Source of the DNA: Eutreptiella sp. 'Long Island Sound 2002'
Taxonomy: Eukaryota; Protista; Euglenida
NCBI GenBank assembly: GCA_964036045.1
Contig: OZ038378.1
Coordinates: 108,438,001 to 108,502,000 of the forward strand
Length of the DNA: 64,000 bases
Direction: 5' to 3'
The position numbers were made by a program, and so were the translations under genes. The notes below the pieces were generated by a model that worked only from the letters and a program-made list of their open reading frames with translations, searched no databases and was not told where the DNA came from. Position 1 is the first letter of the stretch. The number at the start of each line of letters is the position of its first letter. Below are positions 11,410-24,779 of this stretch, one piece after another.

Positions 11410-12900
11410 TCAATCTCGGTCAGCCATGACCAACCGAACCAGTACACCGTTCACATCCAACCTGATTATCTTGGCTTTGAGGTAGTGCAACCACACGGAC
11501 GTGTACCGTGGCACAAAGCTGCTTGGAGGTTCCCAGGAGTTTCTCAATGCAGCCAGACCCTTCCATCGGACCTTGTATAGCCGTCCACCCGGTGTGCTGG
11601 TATCAGGCTTGTTCGAGAGCATGCGCTCAGCGGTGTACTCGTCCTCCTCCATGTCGTTGTCGGAATTGATGGCGTCCGCGGTGAACTCAAAGGTGACAGC
11701 ACGGCCACCGGGATCCAGTTCCCGCGGGAGCATCTGAGTGTGATCCCGCTCCACCGTTTTGTTGTTCCCGAGTTGAGTCAGATACACATCTTGCCAGGTT
11801 TTCCGCAAGATGACACCCAGTATATACCATGACTGCCGCCAGCGCCGGGACAAGATGTCCCTGTGGTGCCGCTCCACTGGCACGGCGTTCTTGAGCCGAT
11901 ATTTGTCAACTTCCCCGGATTGAAAATACTCGGCCCAGTTTGCATTTTTCGCCACCATAGCATCACACACTTTCTTGGCTGTGTCGTCGGCTTCGGACAT
12001 CATGGCATTGGCCCCTCTTGCCACATTACCATCGTTCATCCACGGGAGAGTACCTGAAACCCAATCCCGCAGGAAGAAGATGCAATGGGGGGACAAAACT
12101 GACGGTCCAGATAAATTGTTGTATGCCTGCAGAACCTTCCGAAAGGAAAAATACCAGTTTCTGCCAGGCTCCTCAATATGCAGTTTCCTGAATGTTTCGA
12201 ACAATTGCCTGCCCTGCACCTCCACTCTTCATTCGAACGGCTGTGATATGCCACTGTCTTGGCATGCCTCACATCCATGTACTTGCACATCGTGCGAAAC
12301 CATGCGCCAACAAACTGCGTACCCCTGTCGCTGCATATCACAGTTGGCGAAATCAAATACGGTCAACCAATGTCGGATCATTGCTTGCGCCAGGGTTTTG
12401 GCTTGCAGCCCCACTCCGTGCTTTTCCCTTTTGTCTTTCTTCCTCCGATTTTTTGCCCGCGACCGCCACGATGTATCCGCTGTGGAAATCGACTGCCAAA
12501 ATAACACAATCAAAGACCTCGCCTTCAACGATGACATCCCGCATCGCAAAGACATCCATTGAAATCGACCTCATGGGACTCTCCGGAATGGCCGTGTACA
12601 AGGAGTTTTCAGCAGTTGACCGGTTGAAATCTTTGGTGGCCCTGCAGACCGCACACGCCTTGCAATACCGGTTCAAAAATGCGTAATAACCCGGAGTAAA
12701 CAAAAACCTCGACTGCGAGTCCTTCTGCAATTTCTCTCGTCCCAGGTGCATCAATTGAGCGTTGTGCCAATTGTCAATCAAGTCCTCCCCCCGTTTTTTG
12801 GCAACCAAAAGCTTGTCGCTGAAGAGGAGCTTGTCCATGTCTTCCGTTAATCCCACCGGCCAATCATCGTCGGATGGTCGAGGTTTGCATAATCATCGGA
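11410..12900 (-). pseudogene. pol: G2 integrase (HHCC, DDE) plus chromodomain
   Basis: WHNAQLMHLG...CKACAVC; SMDVF; ICSDRGTQF; HSRSN; LYKVRWKG...SWEPPSSF chromodomain. Confidence 0.9.
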
Positions 12901-13130
12901 CTAATCCTCCATCAAAAACGATTGTACTCCTTCAATGGCTCGTACCATGTCCTTTTCCTTCATTTGCGCCTAGACCGCTTGCACCTTGGCATCTCGGACT
13001 TGGGCCAGCTCCGCGCACGATCCCATCACCAGAAAGCATTTGGCCTCGCCTTTCTCCAAGAGACGCTGCTCCTCGATAATGCGCTTGGCCTCTGCAGTCT
13101 CCTGGGCGTTGCCATGCATGGGAATGTCCA

Positions 13131-13571
13131 TCAATGCTTTTCCAGCTGGGTAGGCGCAACGACTGAGGCAATCGGCAGAGTGTTGTCCTTTCCAGGCACA
13201 TACACTACGGTCAAGTCAAACTCGGCTAGCGTCTCTTGCCACCGGGCGCGTCGGGCTGCCGGACCCGAGGGGGTGTCGACGTGCTCCTTGTGCCAAGTCT
13301 GCAAAGTTTGATGGTCGGTGTACACGACAATGGGTTGCAAACCAATATGCCTGCACCACTTGCGCAAGGCGCAGATAATGGCATATGTCTCCTTTACCCT
13401 CGCAGTCCAAGTGCGGCGTTGCCCCTCCGCCAAAACTCTACTCCAAAAAGCCACTGGGACATGGGAACCATCCTCTCAGACTAGCCCCAGGACTGCTCCC
13501 ACGGCATAATCCGATGCATCGGTGCGGAGCACAAATCCTTTGTCCAGATGGATAAGGAATGATCCCAACTT
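13131..13571 (-). pseudogene. pol: G2 RNase H (continues from 21684 across the LINE-A insertion)
   Basis: FVLRTDASDYAVGAVLG; KETYAIICALRKW; VYTDHQTL. Confidence 0.9.
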
Positions 13572-13829
13572 ACATTCGACGTGCGCGGGTCTGACAACAG
13601 ACGCAAGACTTACTGAGGCACAGACCACCGACGAGTGAATCTTGTCTCTAGACTTCTTCCATTTGACGTACAACTACCTGAAACATCGCTTTCAGAACTT
13701 TGCGGTTTCTTCTGTGTATTACTCGTCACCTACGACAACACTTAAATTTGCATCCTACTACCGTGAAATCAGTGCCTTCCAAGGAACCAAGATCTCGCAC
13801 TCCGTCCTCCGCCACCTCAGAGTCAAGCA

Positions 13830-16233
13830 GTGGTATCAAAAAAATTGCCGTTGGCAGTCACGGGGAATTCCAAAGTGCCCGTAACACCATTCTCTCTCTC
13901 CTCGATCCTGAGCGTGTGTCTGCCACCACGGCCATTGACTCTCTATCCGTCGGTTCCCTTGCCTCCAACTCCTCCTCCATTCCGCTTCCGTTCCCACCCA
14001 TGGAACCCAATTCTCATGTTGGTTATCAAAAAAATGACGACAACCAAAAAAAAGATGAAGTGCAGAAAGAAAATGATGGCTTACAAGAAAATACAAAGTC
14101 CTCAAAAAAATGATGACTCAATCTTCGCAACCCCTGCTCTGCGCCCGCCTATTGATGCCCAAAAGAACGTCCGGGAAAAAAATGAAAGAAATGAGGGTGA
14201 CTCAGTTAACCTAAGTCCGGCTATTGACACCGCGTCGTCCCGTCCAACCGACATGCTATCCTTACATGATTCTTCAGACCACGATGGCCCGGGCGTTTCA
14301 CCCGTTGAAGCCGGCCTCGAAGACTCTACTTCGAATGCAAGTGCAAGAGACCTTGATGATCCAAGGGATGCCTTCACGTCTCCTTCCCCGAACCACACTC
14401 CTCCCAGGCCTTCAAACATGAATAGTGACAAAGGCCCCAATAAAGCATTGAGTGACGTAGTTATGTCCCCCAATCCCGAGTCCACCGTGCCTCAAGCAAA
14501 ACACCTCGAACACAATCCCATCAAAGCCTTGGCGCAACGCTCCTTCTGCCCCCAAGGTGCCTTGCCAACAGGTTTCCCGGAACCCCGGGACCTTACAAAA
14601 GATGTTCAAGGTGGGAAAATTCCCGTCAAAGGCCAAAACCGTTTTTCGAAAATGGACATCCTCTCCTCGACCCCTACCGTCTATCAAAACACCTCAGCCC
14701 TCCCTCCCCCGGATCCCCTCGCCGCATTGGTCCCCACCCCACAAATACTCCTTTTCGTTGATGGCCTCCCATGCCGCGGATTTCTTCGGAATTTTTCAAC
14801 AGCGGACGTGGCTAATTTTGAATGGCAGAAACTCATTGGTCTTGTTTCTTTTGCCATCCTCCCCACCTTCTCCCCTTCTCAAGACGAACCGCCATTTTTT
14901 TCCCACCGCACTGTCGTTAAGCAAATTGTTTCGATGCTTCGAGCCGCAAAAAAACAGGACAAGCTAACCACTCTTCGGCTCGCCCACCAAGCCCGCACAA
15001 ACGTTCCGGATGTTGAACTCGCTGCCGTCCTGAATAGGAGGATAGACCTTGTACCCTCCCTGAGTTTTCTTTGGCTTTCAGTCGTTTGCCAAGGGGTACA
15101 CATGGGCGTGCAATCCCCCGCAACTTACAATGTCTCCACCGCACCAAGCCCCTTGGACCAACCACTTGTCATTTTACAACTCACTTCAATCCCCTCTCCT
15201 GAAAAACCACATTCGGCAAACCATCCGGTATTTTCCTCGAAATGTGGACTCCTCTGAACCGGTCCCCTCCCACGTGCAGACACCTCAGTCCACTCCTTTC
15301 CGAATTTGTGTCATTGTCCCAGTGAACATCACACGTGAGGTTGACGGTGTTGAGATCAAGTGGCATTTTTCTGGGTTGTTGCGACTAATGTTGATGCCAA
15401 ATGGCCTCAACGCCGATGACACCTCCACTATTTTAAAAGAACTCACGATCCCCCGCATCACCAAAACGTTTTGGCCAGTAATTGTGGACTCCGCCCCCGA
15501 AGGATATAAAATGTTCGATTTTCTTGTCCGGTTCGATGTTTTGGGGAATTTGTATGATGAACAACCGGCATTGATGGACATGGGGGTGTCCATCGGGCTC
15601 CTTGACAAGTCAGTCAGGGAGTCCTCCCTTGTCATCACCAATCAACTCCGCTTGAAAAAGGGAGGACCTCGCCGCCGCAAGCTCCCCGCCGACAGAGTGC
15701 GCACAGCAATTGAAATGAACTCGGCCCTCTACCGAAAATTTGCGTTTCTTGTGCTGCTGAATCGCTATGAAGTGTTCTGCATGGTCCATGACCCAATGCT
15801 GATTCGGCCGGCAGTACAAGAAATTGAAAACCTCGGCGAGATGATTTGTGTCTCGGCCGACACAAACAACCGAGTGTTTGCGAAAGATTTTTCCCGTGAA
15901 CTCAATCCACCCTAGTCCATCGTGAGGCTCCCCCCCAGCATCAACATACGAGATGTCGTGAAATCCGCCGCCACCTTTGGACCAGTTGACGGCCACCAAA
16001 TTTTTCAGCAGTCAGGCCTGGTAATGATCAAATACCAAGCCCACCGGTCGGCCCTCACGTCCTACGGAGCCACCCTCCCAGCCCCGGTGTATTTCACTTC
16101 CGGCAGCTCCAAAAAGGATGTACAAATGTCCATCACCGACAGGTTAGAGCAAGTGCGCCTCGCCTCTCTCCCCAGCCCCAGACTCAATGAAGCAGACCTG
16201 GCGGCCGCCTCAGACCCGTTTGGTGCACTCTGA
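13830..16233 (+). pseudogene. LINE-A ORF1 (frames 13830-15257, 15130-15915, 15922-16233)
   Basis: Long frames 5' of the endonuclease; RRM-like INIRDVVKSAATFGPVDGHQIFQQSGLVMIKY at the end. Confidence 0.6.
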
Positions 16234-17259
16234 GTCCCTGACATTCACCTCACCACCCTTCCATCCCGTCCCCCCTCTGCCCTCCCTTCTGGGTCCACCA
16301 CCTTTTCATTTTTTCCTCAGCCATGATCGGGACACGCTCACTACATGCCTCTGCAGCTACGGCCCGACGGGTGATGCAAATACCCAGCAGGCGCCAACGC
16401 CAACAGACGTACACGTGAGCAATACCTCAGGTTTACACCATGACACATCCCGCAAACCGTTGCAGAGCGACCTCATGTGTTTCCTCAAGTTCCGGGATAC
16501 ACCACCCACCCCCAGGGCATTCACCGCCCCCACACTACGCATTCTCCTGTCCTCCCACTCCTTCTCAATGCATGCATTTCACAATTGGTCTACGAGTTGC
16601 GTTGGTACCCATCGTTTAGTCAATGTCCTGCGAGCCGCAGCATGCTACGCAACGCTCCAACTCGTGCTCCGCCTCCTCTACATCCCACACGCCCTCAGAA
16701 CTGCACCCATAAGCCATGACACCAGGGTATCTCCTTTGTGCGGCTCACCACGTAGTGCGCCACGACATCCACTTACCCTGCCCCACAGCACGTCCGCACT
16801 TCGCACAACCCTGCCACAACCAACCCCCCTGCTGCAGCCACCCTCCATTGTACCAGGGCCGCCTTTTGAGACGTGCACCTCACTGCCCTCGTCCACCAAC
16901 GCAATCCCATCCCAGGCAGGCTCTGTGATTGATACTACCGATAACAACTCCCAAGTCACCCAAACAGTACATTCTGCTGCCCCCCCCCAATCCATACCTG
17001 CACCCCGGTTACTTGATAAGACTGCCTCCACGCCTACATCCCCGCCCCCCCCGTACTCAACACCACCAAATACACACGATGAACAGCCCCCTCCCCTGTT
17101 CAGGGCACCTCCTACTGGGGATGCCCTTTCCCACGCGTCCCTGAACGTTGGCGGACCAGAGATTACCCCCAATAGGTTGTGCCATCTTCTGAATGGATTT
17201 ACCACTGCCCCCCACACAATTAGCATACAATAATACAAGAACCTACCGCTACACACCAT

Positions 17260-20200
17260 GTGAGGGAGTACGAAAGGGTTGCAATGTTTTGGAAATTTCA
17301 CCTACTTTTCAGCGCCCCAACTTCAAAAATCGGTGTTGCACTTTTCGTACACACCTCAATCTCCCCAATACCCCCAGCACTTACCGTACACATACCTGGC
17401 ATACTCATGTCCACACAGCTGCATCTCCACCCTGACCCCTTGATTCCCGCACTGAGGATTGCCTCATATTACGGCCCCCATTCCATAACAGAAAAACGTT
17501 GATGCGAACCAGTTCTCAACTCCCTCCTCCGGGAGGCATGTATCGTTCTCGGCGACTACAACTGCACCACCCATCACTCTCACACCACCACTCTCACTTC
17601 GAATCTATGGCCCTGGCTCATAGCCAAGGAGCGGTCGGGTGCCCTGAGTGATCTACTCCTACCCTTCACCACCTCCACACCATATACGCGGGTTAGGCGA
17701 TATGCTGGTACTAAAAGCTACATTGACCGTGCTTATGGTACCCGACTGTACCAAGCCTGCTACAGCCCCTCATCTGCCGAAGTGGTAGATTTTTCTAGAG
17801 TGCATGGGTCTTCAGATCATGACCCAATTATCATCCGCTCCATTCCCTGGACCACCCCCCAGATACCTGAACCCAGATGTGCACAGTGGAACCGCCGTGA
17901 CCTGCACGAATTCCGTTCCCTCATGGAACACTCTGTACATGATCTACAGACCCCCACCAGCTTTCATGATGTGCAGTCCACGTACACACCCTTGTTCAAC
18001 ATATGCTCCACGCAATGTGCACGGTAAATTCTGCCAAGCCAGCCCTCCAAACCAATTCCACAGAAATTTCTGACTGCCACCAAGTGGTCAAGCAGCTGAC
18101 CCGACAGGCCAAGCGTCGGTCCAAAGTGTTCTACCGACGTATCAAACACACCCTGCTTACTCTTTCTGCTCCCTCCACCCTCCCCGTACCCTCCCGCAAG
18201 ATACAGCGCATTCTCCCCCTGGAATGCACGTGCATCTGAGCTCATCACCCCCCAGCCCTTACTGCCTGACCCCCCCCCCCTCTGTGGAGGAACTCCGCAT
18301 TTCGGCGAAGTCCTCCCGAAAGAAGTCCCCTGGACCCGATGGCGTGCCCGCCTATTTGATTGCTGTCCTCCCAGATGCTGCCTTCTCCATAGTACATCAG
18401 TGCCTCGCACTGTGTTATGATGTTTGAGACATCCCTCACAGCTGGCTTATATCAGAGACCCTGTGCATATTTAAAGGTAAAGGTTCCTGGAGGGATCCTG
18501 ATAGGTGGCGACCCATTGCCATGAGCAATTCGGTGTACCGACTGCTCATGCGATGGATCTTGAAAAAACTGTATCCCCTCCTCTCTCCACAAATACACTC
18601 GCACCAGTTTGGTGGGGACGAGGCGTCTCAACCCATGCCACACAAACCTGTTTTGATGACATTGACAATGGCACCAGTTGGGAATCCATTTTTACCTTTG
18701 ACATGTATCATGCCTTCGACAGTCCACCAAAAATACTCATCAGGGATGTACTGCAATGCATTGGGAGCCCCACCAAGTTACTGCTTTTCATTTCCACGGT
18801 ACTTGAGCACGGGTCCACATACATCAGGGGTACACCAGATGAAACCTTCAGTACTACCCACAGCGTGAAACAGGGGTACCCCATTTCCTTCTTCCTTTTT
18901 GTCATTGCTTTCGAAATTCCTCTACGCTATATTCACTCCTACAATATACTATTCTCCGCCTATGTCAACGACATCTCCACCCCAGTTGCACATACGGATG
19001 GTCCCAGAGTCACTTCCATTGTCAAAACAGGCCTGGACCTGATCGGGTGCCAACTGAACGTTAGAAAAATGAGTCCCTCCCTGTTTCTCCACACCGTTCT
19101 CCCCCCCCCATGCTCCCCAAGTATTCACATCCGCCCTCTCCCCTGCAGGTCTCCGCTGATTTCTGGATCCCAGAGAGCTGTTCAACGTGGCGTGACTGGG
19201 CTGACTCCACCGAGTACCCCATGGCCAAGGTATCTCACCTCATGCACTTGGATCATCCCATCCCAAAACATTTCGATGTCAGCCATGCTGTCCAACTGAT
19301 CTTTGGAGAACTACAGGCCCAACTCGCGGAGCTTAACGCCCTCCCCTCTTAGTCACTTGACAGAATACTGGTAGACAACACATTGATCTTTCGCTGCCTG
19401 CTCTATCGATGTGAATGCCTCCCCCTTTCTGCGAACCAGTTGAATCCAATGATCCAAGCCATTGAAAGATATGTGCTTGGAGTCGCGGGGTTACCCTCCC
19501 TCCTTGCCAAGAAAACACTGTCTACCCACCATACTCATGGTTTGGGATTACGCTACTTTGCTGTTCTTCAGCTGATTCGCATACTTGACTCCCTGCACAC
19601 CAACCCACACCTCTTCCACCTCAGCACCAAATCAAAATTTCCCCTATCTCCCTGGCGTCTCTTCGCCACTGCCATCGCCCTGCTTGGCCCCCCCCGCTCC
19701 TCCCCCATGATCCCCCTCCCCGTCTCATGGGGAGCAAAACGTGCCTTGCGGGGTGCCTCTACAGTGATCACAGACTCTGGGATCACTGCATACATCCTGC
19801 CTGGACCCAACCCCCCCCATGACTGCACCTACACTGATGGCAGTCGACTTGGTACCCCCCCTGCCTCAGGCGCATGTGCACTCCTCCCCGATGGGGGCAT
19901 AGTCGTCTGCCGCGTCCCTGGACCCCCCAAACTCGTACAAGACAGAGGTTATTGGCATCCTCCTTGGTTCAGAATTTTCTCCCCCCTCATCCAAAATCAA
20001 GGTTGACTGCAAGGGCGCTATCTCCTCCACCACAGGAGACAGGCGCCCTCTACGCTATGCTCATTATGTCCAGCTGGCCGGGAAATCCATCCAGGGCAAA
20101 TGCCATACAGTAGAATGAATTGAGGGTCACACGGGCCACCTTTTCCAGGAACGATCCGATGAGCTCACCAAGTACGGCTCCACTCTCCCCCTCCCTCCCC

Positions 20201-20500
20201 CTGCCAAACCCTCCACCCCATGGGACGTCGTCCGCCATGGCGAACCTGATGTCCCCCCCACACAAGTTCTGGACACACGACCTTTTTCCTCCACACACAC
20301 ACGAAAGGTTCCATTCTTCCTCCTGGCGACCACTTAAATTTCGTCGCTTGGGATGGCATAAGTGGCTCCTTGGCCTCAGACCCGGCTGCGGTCTAGCCAT
20401 TATGCAACCTTCCGGAAAGATGATGTGCCCCCCACCCCCTGCCCCCACTGTTCCCTCAGACAAAACATGAGTGTCCACGGGTACATAGCACACTGCGCGC
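17260..20500 (+). pseudogene. LINE-A ORF2: APE endonuclease (~17260-17830), RT (~18300-19080), RNase H (~19825-20115), CCHC knuckle (~20425-20500)
   Basis: LGDYN, YIDR, SDHDP; SPGPDG, WRPIAM, FDMYHAFDS, VKQGYPIS, AYVND; YTDGS...EVIGI; CPHC...HGYIAHC. Confidence 0.9.
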
Positions 20501-21683
20501 CCGCGCACCCACTCGTCCATGCGTGGACAACTGCTTGGCCCGTCTCCTCCATACCCATCAGATGGCGAGCCACTGCCCCCGAACGTGACTTCAGGATCAC
20601 TGGGCGCCTTGCTATTCCTCTTTCGCTTTTTCGTTCCCTGAGCGCCGCCCACGGTGGCCCCAGGGCAGCCAGAAGAATAGTGTATAAGTGGCAGGAGAGC
20701 ATGATGGGTAAAATGACTGAAGCCCTGTCTGGCTGCATCCCAGCCCCATCGTCCAAGCCCAATCCATTTACCCAATCCGATTGGAATGTCACCTCCCGTC
20801 CAGTTTGACTTCCCTGCTGTACCCTCCCCGCCACTGCTCAGTACCCCCCCTGCCTCTGACTTCCCCCACTGATTTACACCACCTTGTCTCTCCGCAGGGT
20901 TCAACACAGAGCCGTGAATGAAGAGAAGACAATCTCCACAGCATGCCCCTCTCTTAAACTAACATATGGCATGCGTGCGTTGCCATCAGGGCACCACAGG
21001 AACGTCAGCACAGGCACTGTCATCATCAACATCACTGTGTTTACTGTTCTCAGTCTCTTGCTTTGCCCACCAATGCATGATGCCCTCATCATCTTGGTGC
21101 TGAATTTTGATGGAAAAAAAATAATAAATAATTTTTTCTACTCTGTGGATTCTCCCCCTTTTGCTGCATCCAACGACCCCCCCCCCCCCTACAGGTCCTT
21201 GCGACAGACCCATGGGTCAAGAGTAAACAACCACTGCAGCTCACCCCGAGATGATACGGGGCAGAGCAATAAAAGGGTCGTCCCAACACACAGGCGGCGC
21301 AGACCAAGGGGAGAGCACTCCCCCCCTCCCCACGCCCATATCACTGCATGGATCCGCTGTATGTCCACTCCCTGCCTGATCTCCCTCCCTCCCCCACCAT
21401 TACCCTCCTCATTCTCTGGGACTCACAGCACTGGCCACTGCCGAATGCATGGTACCCCCACTGGCTGCCTTGGCCTCAGGGCCCATAGCACGGGCCGATC
21501 ACCTGCATTATGCCACCTTGTTTATATACGCTTATCTCAGCATGTACCCGCTCTGCATGGCCCCCCCATACACTGGCCTCTGACCCTCGGGGATTTTGGT
21601 GATGGGCTGTATGATGGGCTGGCCCTTTCCTGATTGGAACTTTGCACAAAGGACTCAAGGCATGTGTTTTCAAAAAAAAAAAA

Positions 21684-22700
21684 GAATTGATCCCAACTTT
21701 CCCAAGAGAGTTCTCTTGAGCGTCTCGAACGCTTCATCCGCCCCAGTTGTCCAAGCCAGCTTTTTCTTGCTCCCCTTGCGCTCATCAAACTTCCCAACCC
21801 GCAGCATCTTGTGCAATCGTCCCGAGAGTTCGGGATACATTCGTACGTGACCCGAAAAAAAATGCCAAATCCCATGAGCGAACGCAACTCGCTGATGGTG
21901 GTCGGTCGCTTCAACCGGTTCGAGGCGGCCAAACTGCCTGGCATCGGCCTGGGTTGCCCATGACCAACGACGTGTCCCGGAAACTCTACCTCCTTCATGA
22001 ATAAGGATGCCTTTGTCAGCTTGCATACCACTTGCTGGCGATCAAGGACGTCAGCACTCGTCTCAAGTCTGTCTCGTGGGCCTTGACAAATTCATCCTCC
22101 GACATGTCCACCGTGCCAGACCCGATAATGATCTCATCCGGGAAGGGGTCAGCACAATCAATCACAGGTCCCAGCAGATCCTCCATCATGCGTTGCAATA
22201 CCGCGTTGCCCTTCTTGGTCCTCATCAGCACCACTTTCCATTGCATGGGGCAGAGTGGCGTACTCCTTGCCGTACACGCCCTAGAGTCCTCTTGCAGCGG
22301 CATCTGGTGATGACCATGTTTGAGGTGTAACAACGTGAAGATGTGCTGTCGGGCCTGTGTTTGCAGGATAGTGTCGATAAAGGGAAGAGAGTACGAATCA
22401 TGCTCCGTTTGCTCATTCAAACCTCGATGTTCAACAACTAACCGCCATTCGCCCTTCTCCTTCTTTGGCACGATAAATGCTGGGCTTGCCCACTGACTGT
22501 CCAAAGGTTCTATGCATCCACGCTCGATGAATTCCTTCAACAACATTTTCATGGCCTCCTTCCGCTCACCTTGAAGCTGATATCCTCGATGCTCAGATAC
22601 TTTCGGGTTGGGCCTCAATTTCTTTCGTGCGGTGCCAAGTCGGCCTCGGTCTGGTGGATTTTTGTTGGCCACACCGCTGAAGAGCCGCCAATAATTCTTC
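21684..22700 (-). pseudogene. pol: G2 reverse transcriptase
   Basis: WASPAFIVPKKEKGEWRLVV, YSLPFID, HGHHQMPL, decayed DPFPDE (YxDD position), EVEFPGHVV. Confidence 0.9.
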
Positions 22701-23289
22701 ACCAATCTTCCCCGCAGCGCATACACTCTTGGACTTTCCCTTGCTTCTTGGGCCGCAGCTGTCCCCACGGTCACCACTGACCGAATTGCCGTATAGCTTT
22801 CCTCTGTATCGCTCTCCGACATTTCCTCATCCGTCATTCTCTCCTCAACATCCTGGGTCTGCAGCCCCGCCGATAATTTTCTGAATTCTTGGATGTTCAA
22901 TGGGGTGTCGGTCTTCGATCCGATACCCGAGCGGGGGAAATTGCACGTGGGTGGGTTGGAGCCCACAAGCTCATGTTGATCGGCCATGTGGTCCATTACC
23001 CTCACCACAAACTCGTTCTTGGTGAATTTCCCCGTAATCAAATTTTGATCATCCCACCAATGAGGAGATTTGACCCGGCCTCTTGCCTGCTTGGCTGCCC
23101 CATGGTCATGCATCCCATCTTTCATGTACTGGACAACACGATCAATCTCATCAAACGACAAGGTCTTGACTTCCACTTTGCGGTGGTTGCTCTCCTCGAA
23201 CATGACCCTCATGGGCACGGCTGGTATCCTCAGGATTAGAGCGTCATTGCCCATGGCATGGCTTTGTGCACCGTTCACATGATACGCCT

Positions 23290-23710
23290 GGGTTAATCAT
23301 GCCTCTCCCGTTGACGGCAAAGAGGTTCCTGTAGCGTCCATAAATATCTTCTCATCGGGCGCAACGACAAATTTGTTCAAGGCGATGGAATCGATCTTGG
23401 ATCTTACAACTTCGCCACGAGCGTCTCCTGAGCCGAGTCTAGTCAACACCAAGACTCCTTTGGCTCTATCGGCGATAATTTTGTTCACGATCCGTTCTGA
23501 ATCCTGTTGGCCTCCGTGTACATACAAATTGCACCAATCCTCTGCGACCCAGTGTTTGTTCTACGCCAAGTCACCCTTGTACGAGTACCTCACGCACCTT
23601 TGCAACTCCGGGGCACTTTGATGCCAAGAAATCCGTCGATGGTGTGTCCATAATCAAGCCTTCCACCATGCAACAATAAGCATCCCGGGATAGACCGTGC
23701 TCCCGAAGGT
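23290..23710 (-). pseudogene. DIRS/Dam-like N6-adenine methyltransferase-like domain between PR and RT of G2
   Basis: STDFLASK...RYSYKGD...LYVHGGQ...RIVNKIIADRAKGVLVL, frameshifted; homologous by eye to 56490-56880. Confidence 0.55.
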
Positions 23711-23879
23711 GCTCTCCATCGCCACCTTTGGACATAATTCCTGCTGCTTTCACCGCACAAACCAGTTTCTCCTCGTCATCTCCGGTCCATTGGGAACCAC
23801 CAGGGGCATAATGGGTCGATAGCATTGAAAGCCTCTTGTTTGCCTCACGAATGAGTGTGGCATGATGTGGCAATGCTCT

Positions 23880-24300
23880 GGCTGAATTGCTGACCATGAA
23901 ATCATAGCCAATTATGATATCCCAATCAGAGAGATCGTCCTCGTAGAATTTCCCATGGAGCATCAAGCGTTTAGCTTGGTCCGGTCGATCCAATCGGTCA
24001 TGCCCACAAAAGTCCAGGCCAGGTTCGGCTTCACGGGCTCCTCCGACCATGACCAGCCGTTTGCGGCCTTGAGGCGCACTGGTCGGTCACTGGTTTTCAG
24101 ACATGTGTCCGGAAACAGTCCATTCCGCCCCAAAGTTACCTGGGCCCCAGTATCCACCAAGACCTCCGCGATCACTTCTTTCCGTCCACACATTACCCAC
24201 ACCTTCACGTGCAATTGCCGCTCATCTTCATGTGGGGTGCGGATGACTCTCACAGCATGCAATTCTAGCACGGACGGGTGCATAAGGACTTCCACCGTGT
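23880..24300 (-). pseudogene. G2 aspartic protease
   Basis: VLVDTGAQVTL...VRLKAANG...IIIGYDF. Confidence 0.85.
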
Positions 24301-24779
24301 GATCACGTATCTCATAGATTCTGGGTTGGTCCTGCCCATCCACGGGACTCTCCTTGGTCTCTCCAACCTTCTTGTCCCAGCTGCCAATATCCACTTGTAC
24401 TTCCCTTGGCAGGGCGTCCCATGGACTGGCACTGGTTGAACTCAGTGGCTTCCGCTCCTTCAAAATCTTCTCCGTCACCATACATGCCATCTTCGATTGG
24501 ATTCCACTGATTTTCGGAGGAGAGTCCTCCGGTGTCCCACTCCCGTGGGGGCTTCTCTAAGCTCGGCCGACGGCAGCCCCGTCCTGCTGCGAATCTCCCG
24601 ACCTCGTTCTGCAAGGCCTTGAGCGCTTCCATGCCCCGCATTAACGAATCGGCCACATCCTTGATTCGTCGAATTCGGCTGTCACCTCCATGCCCCTGTG
24701 CTCCGGAGCGTCCACCACCACTTTGTCCACGCTTCCAAGCCTCTATACACTTCCCTTTGGGCACCTTCTCGGAGTGGGG

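Larger units (their letters stand above)
13572..21683 (+). mobile_element. Full-length non-LTR retrotransposon LINE-A (ORF1 with RRM-like end; APE, RT, RNase H, zinc knuckle), decayed
   Basis: TSD GAAT(T)GATCCCAACTT at 13557-13571 and 21684-21699; A12 tail at 21672-21683. Removing it restores G2 LLGKLGS-FLIHLDKGFVLRTDASD. Confidence 0.9.

Noticed and set aside
20884-21633. 249-aa frame in the LINE-A 3' region as a third ORF
   Set aside because: It has a non-ATG start, low-complexity pyrimidine-rich sequence and no motif; treated as 3' UTR.
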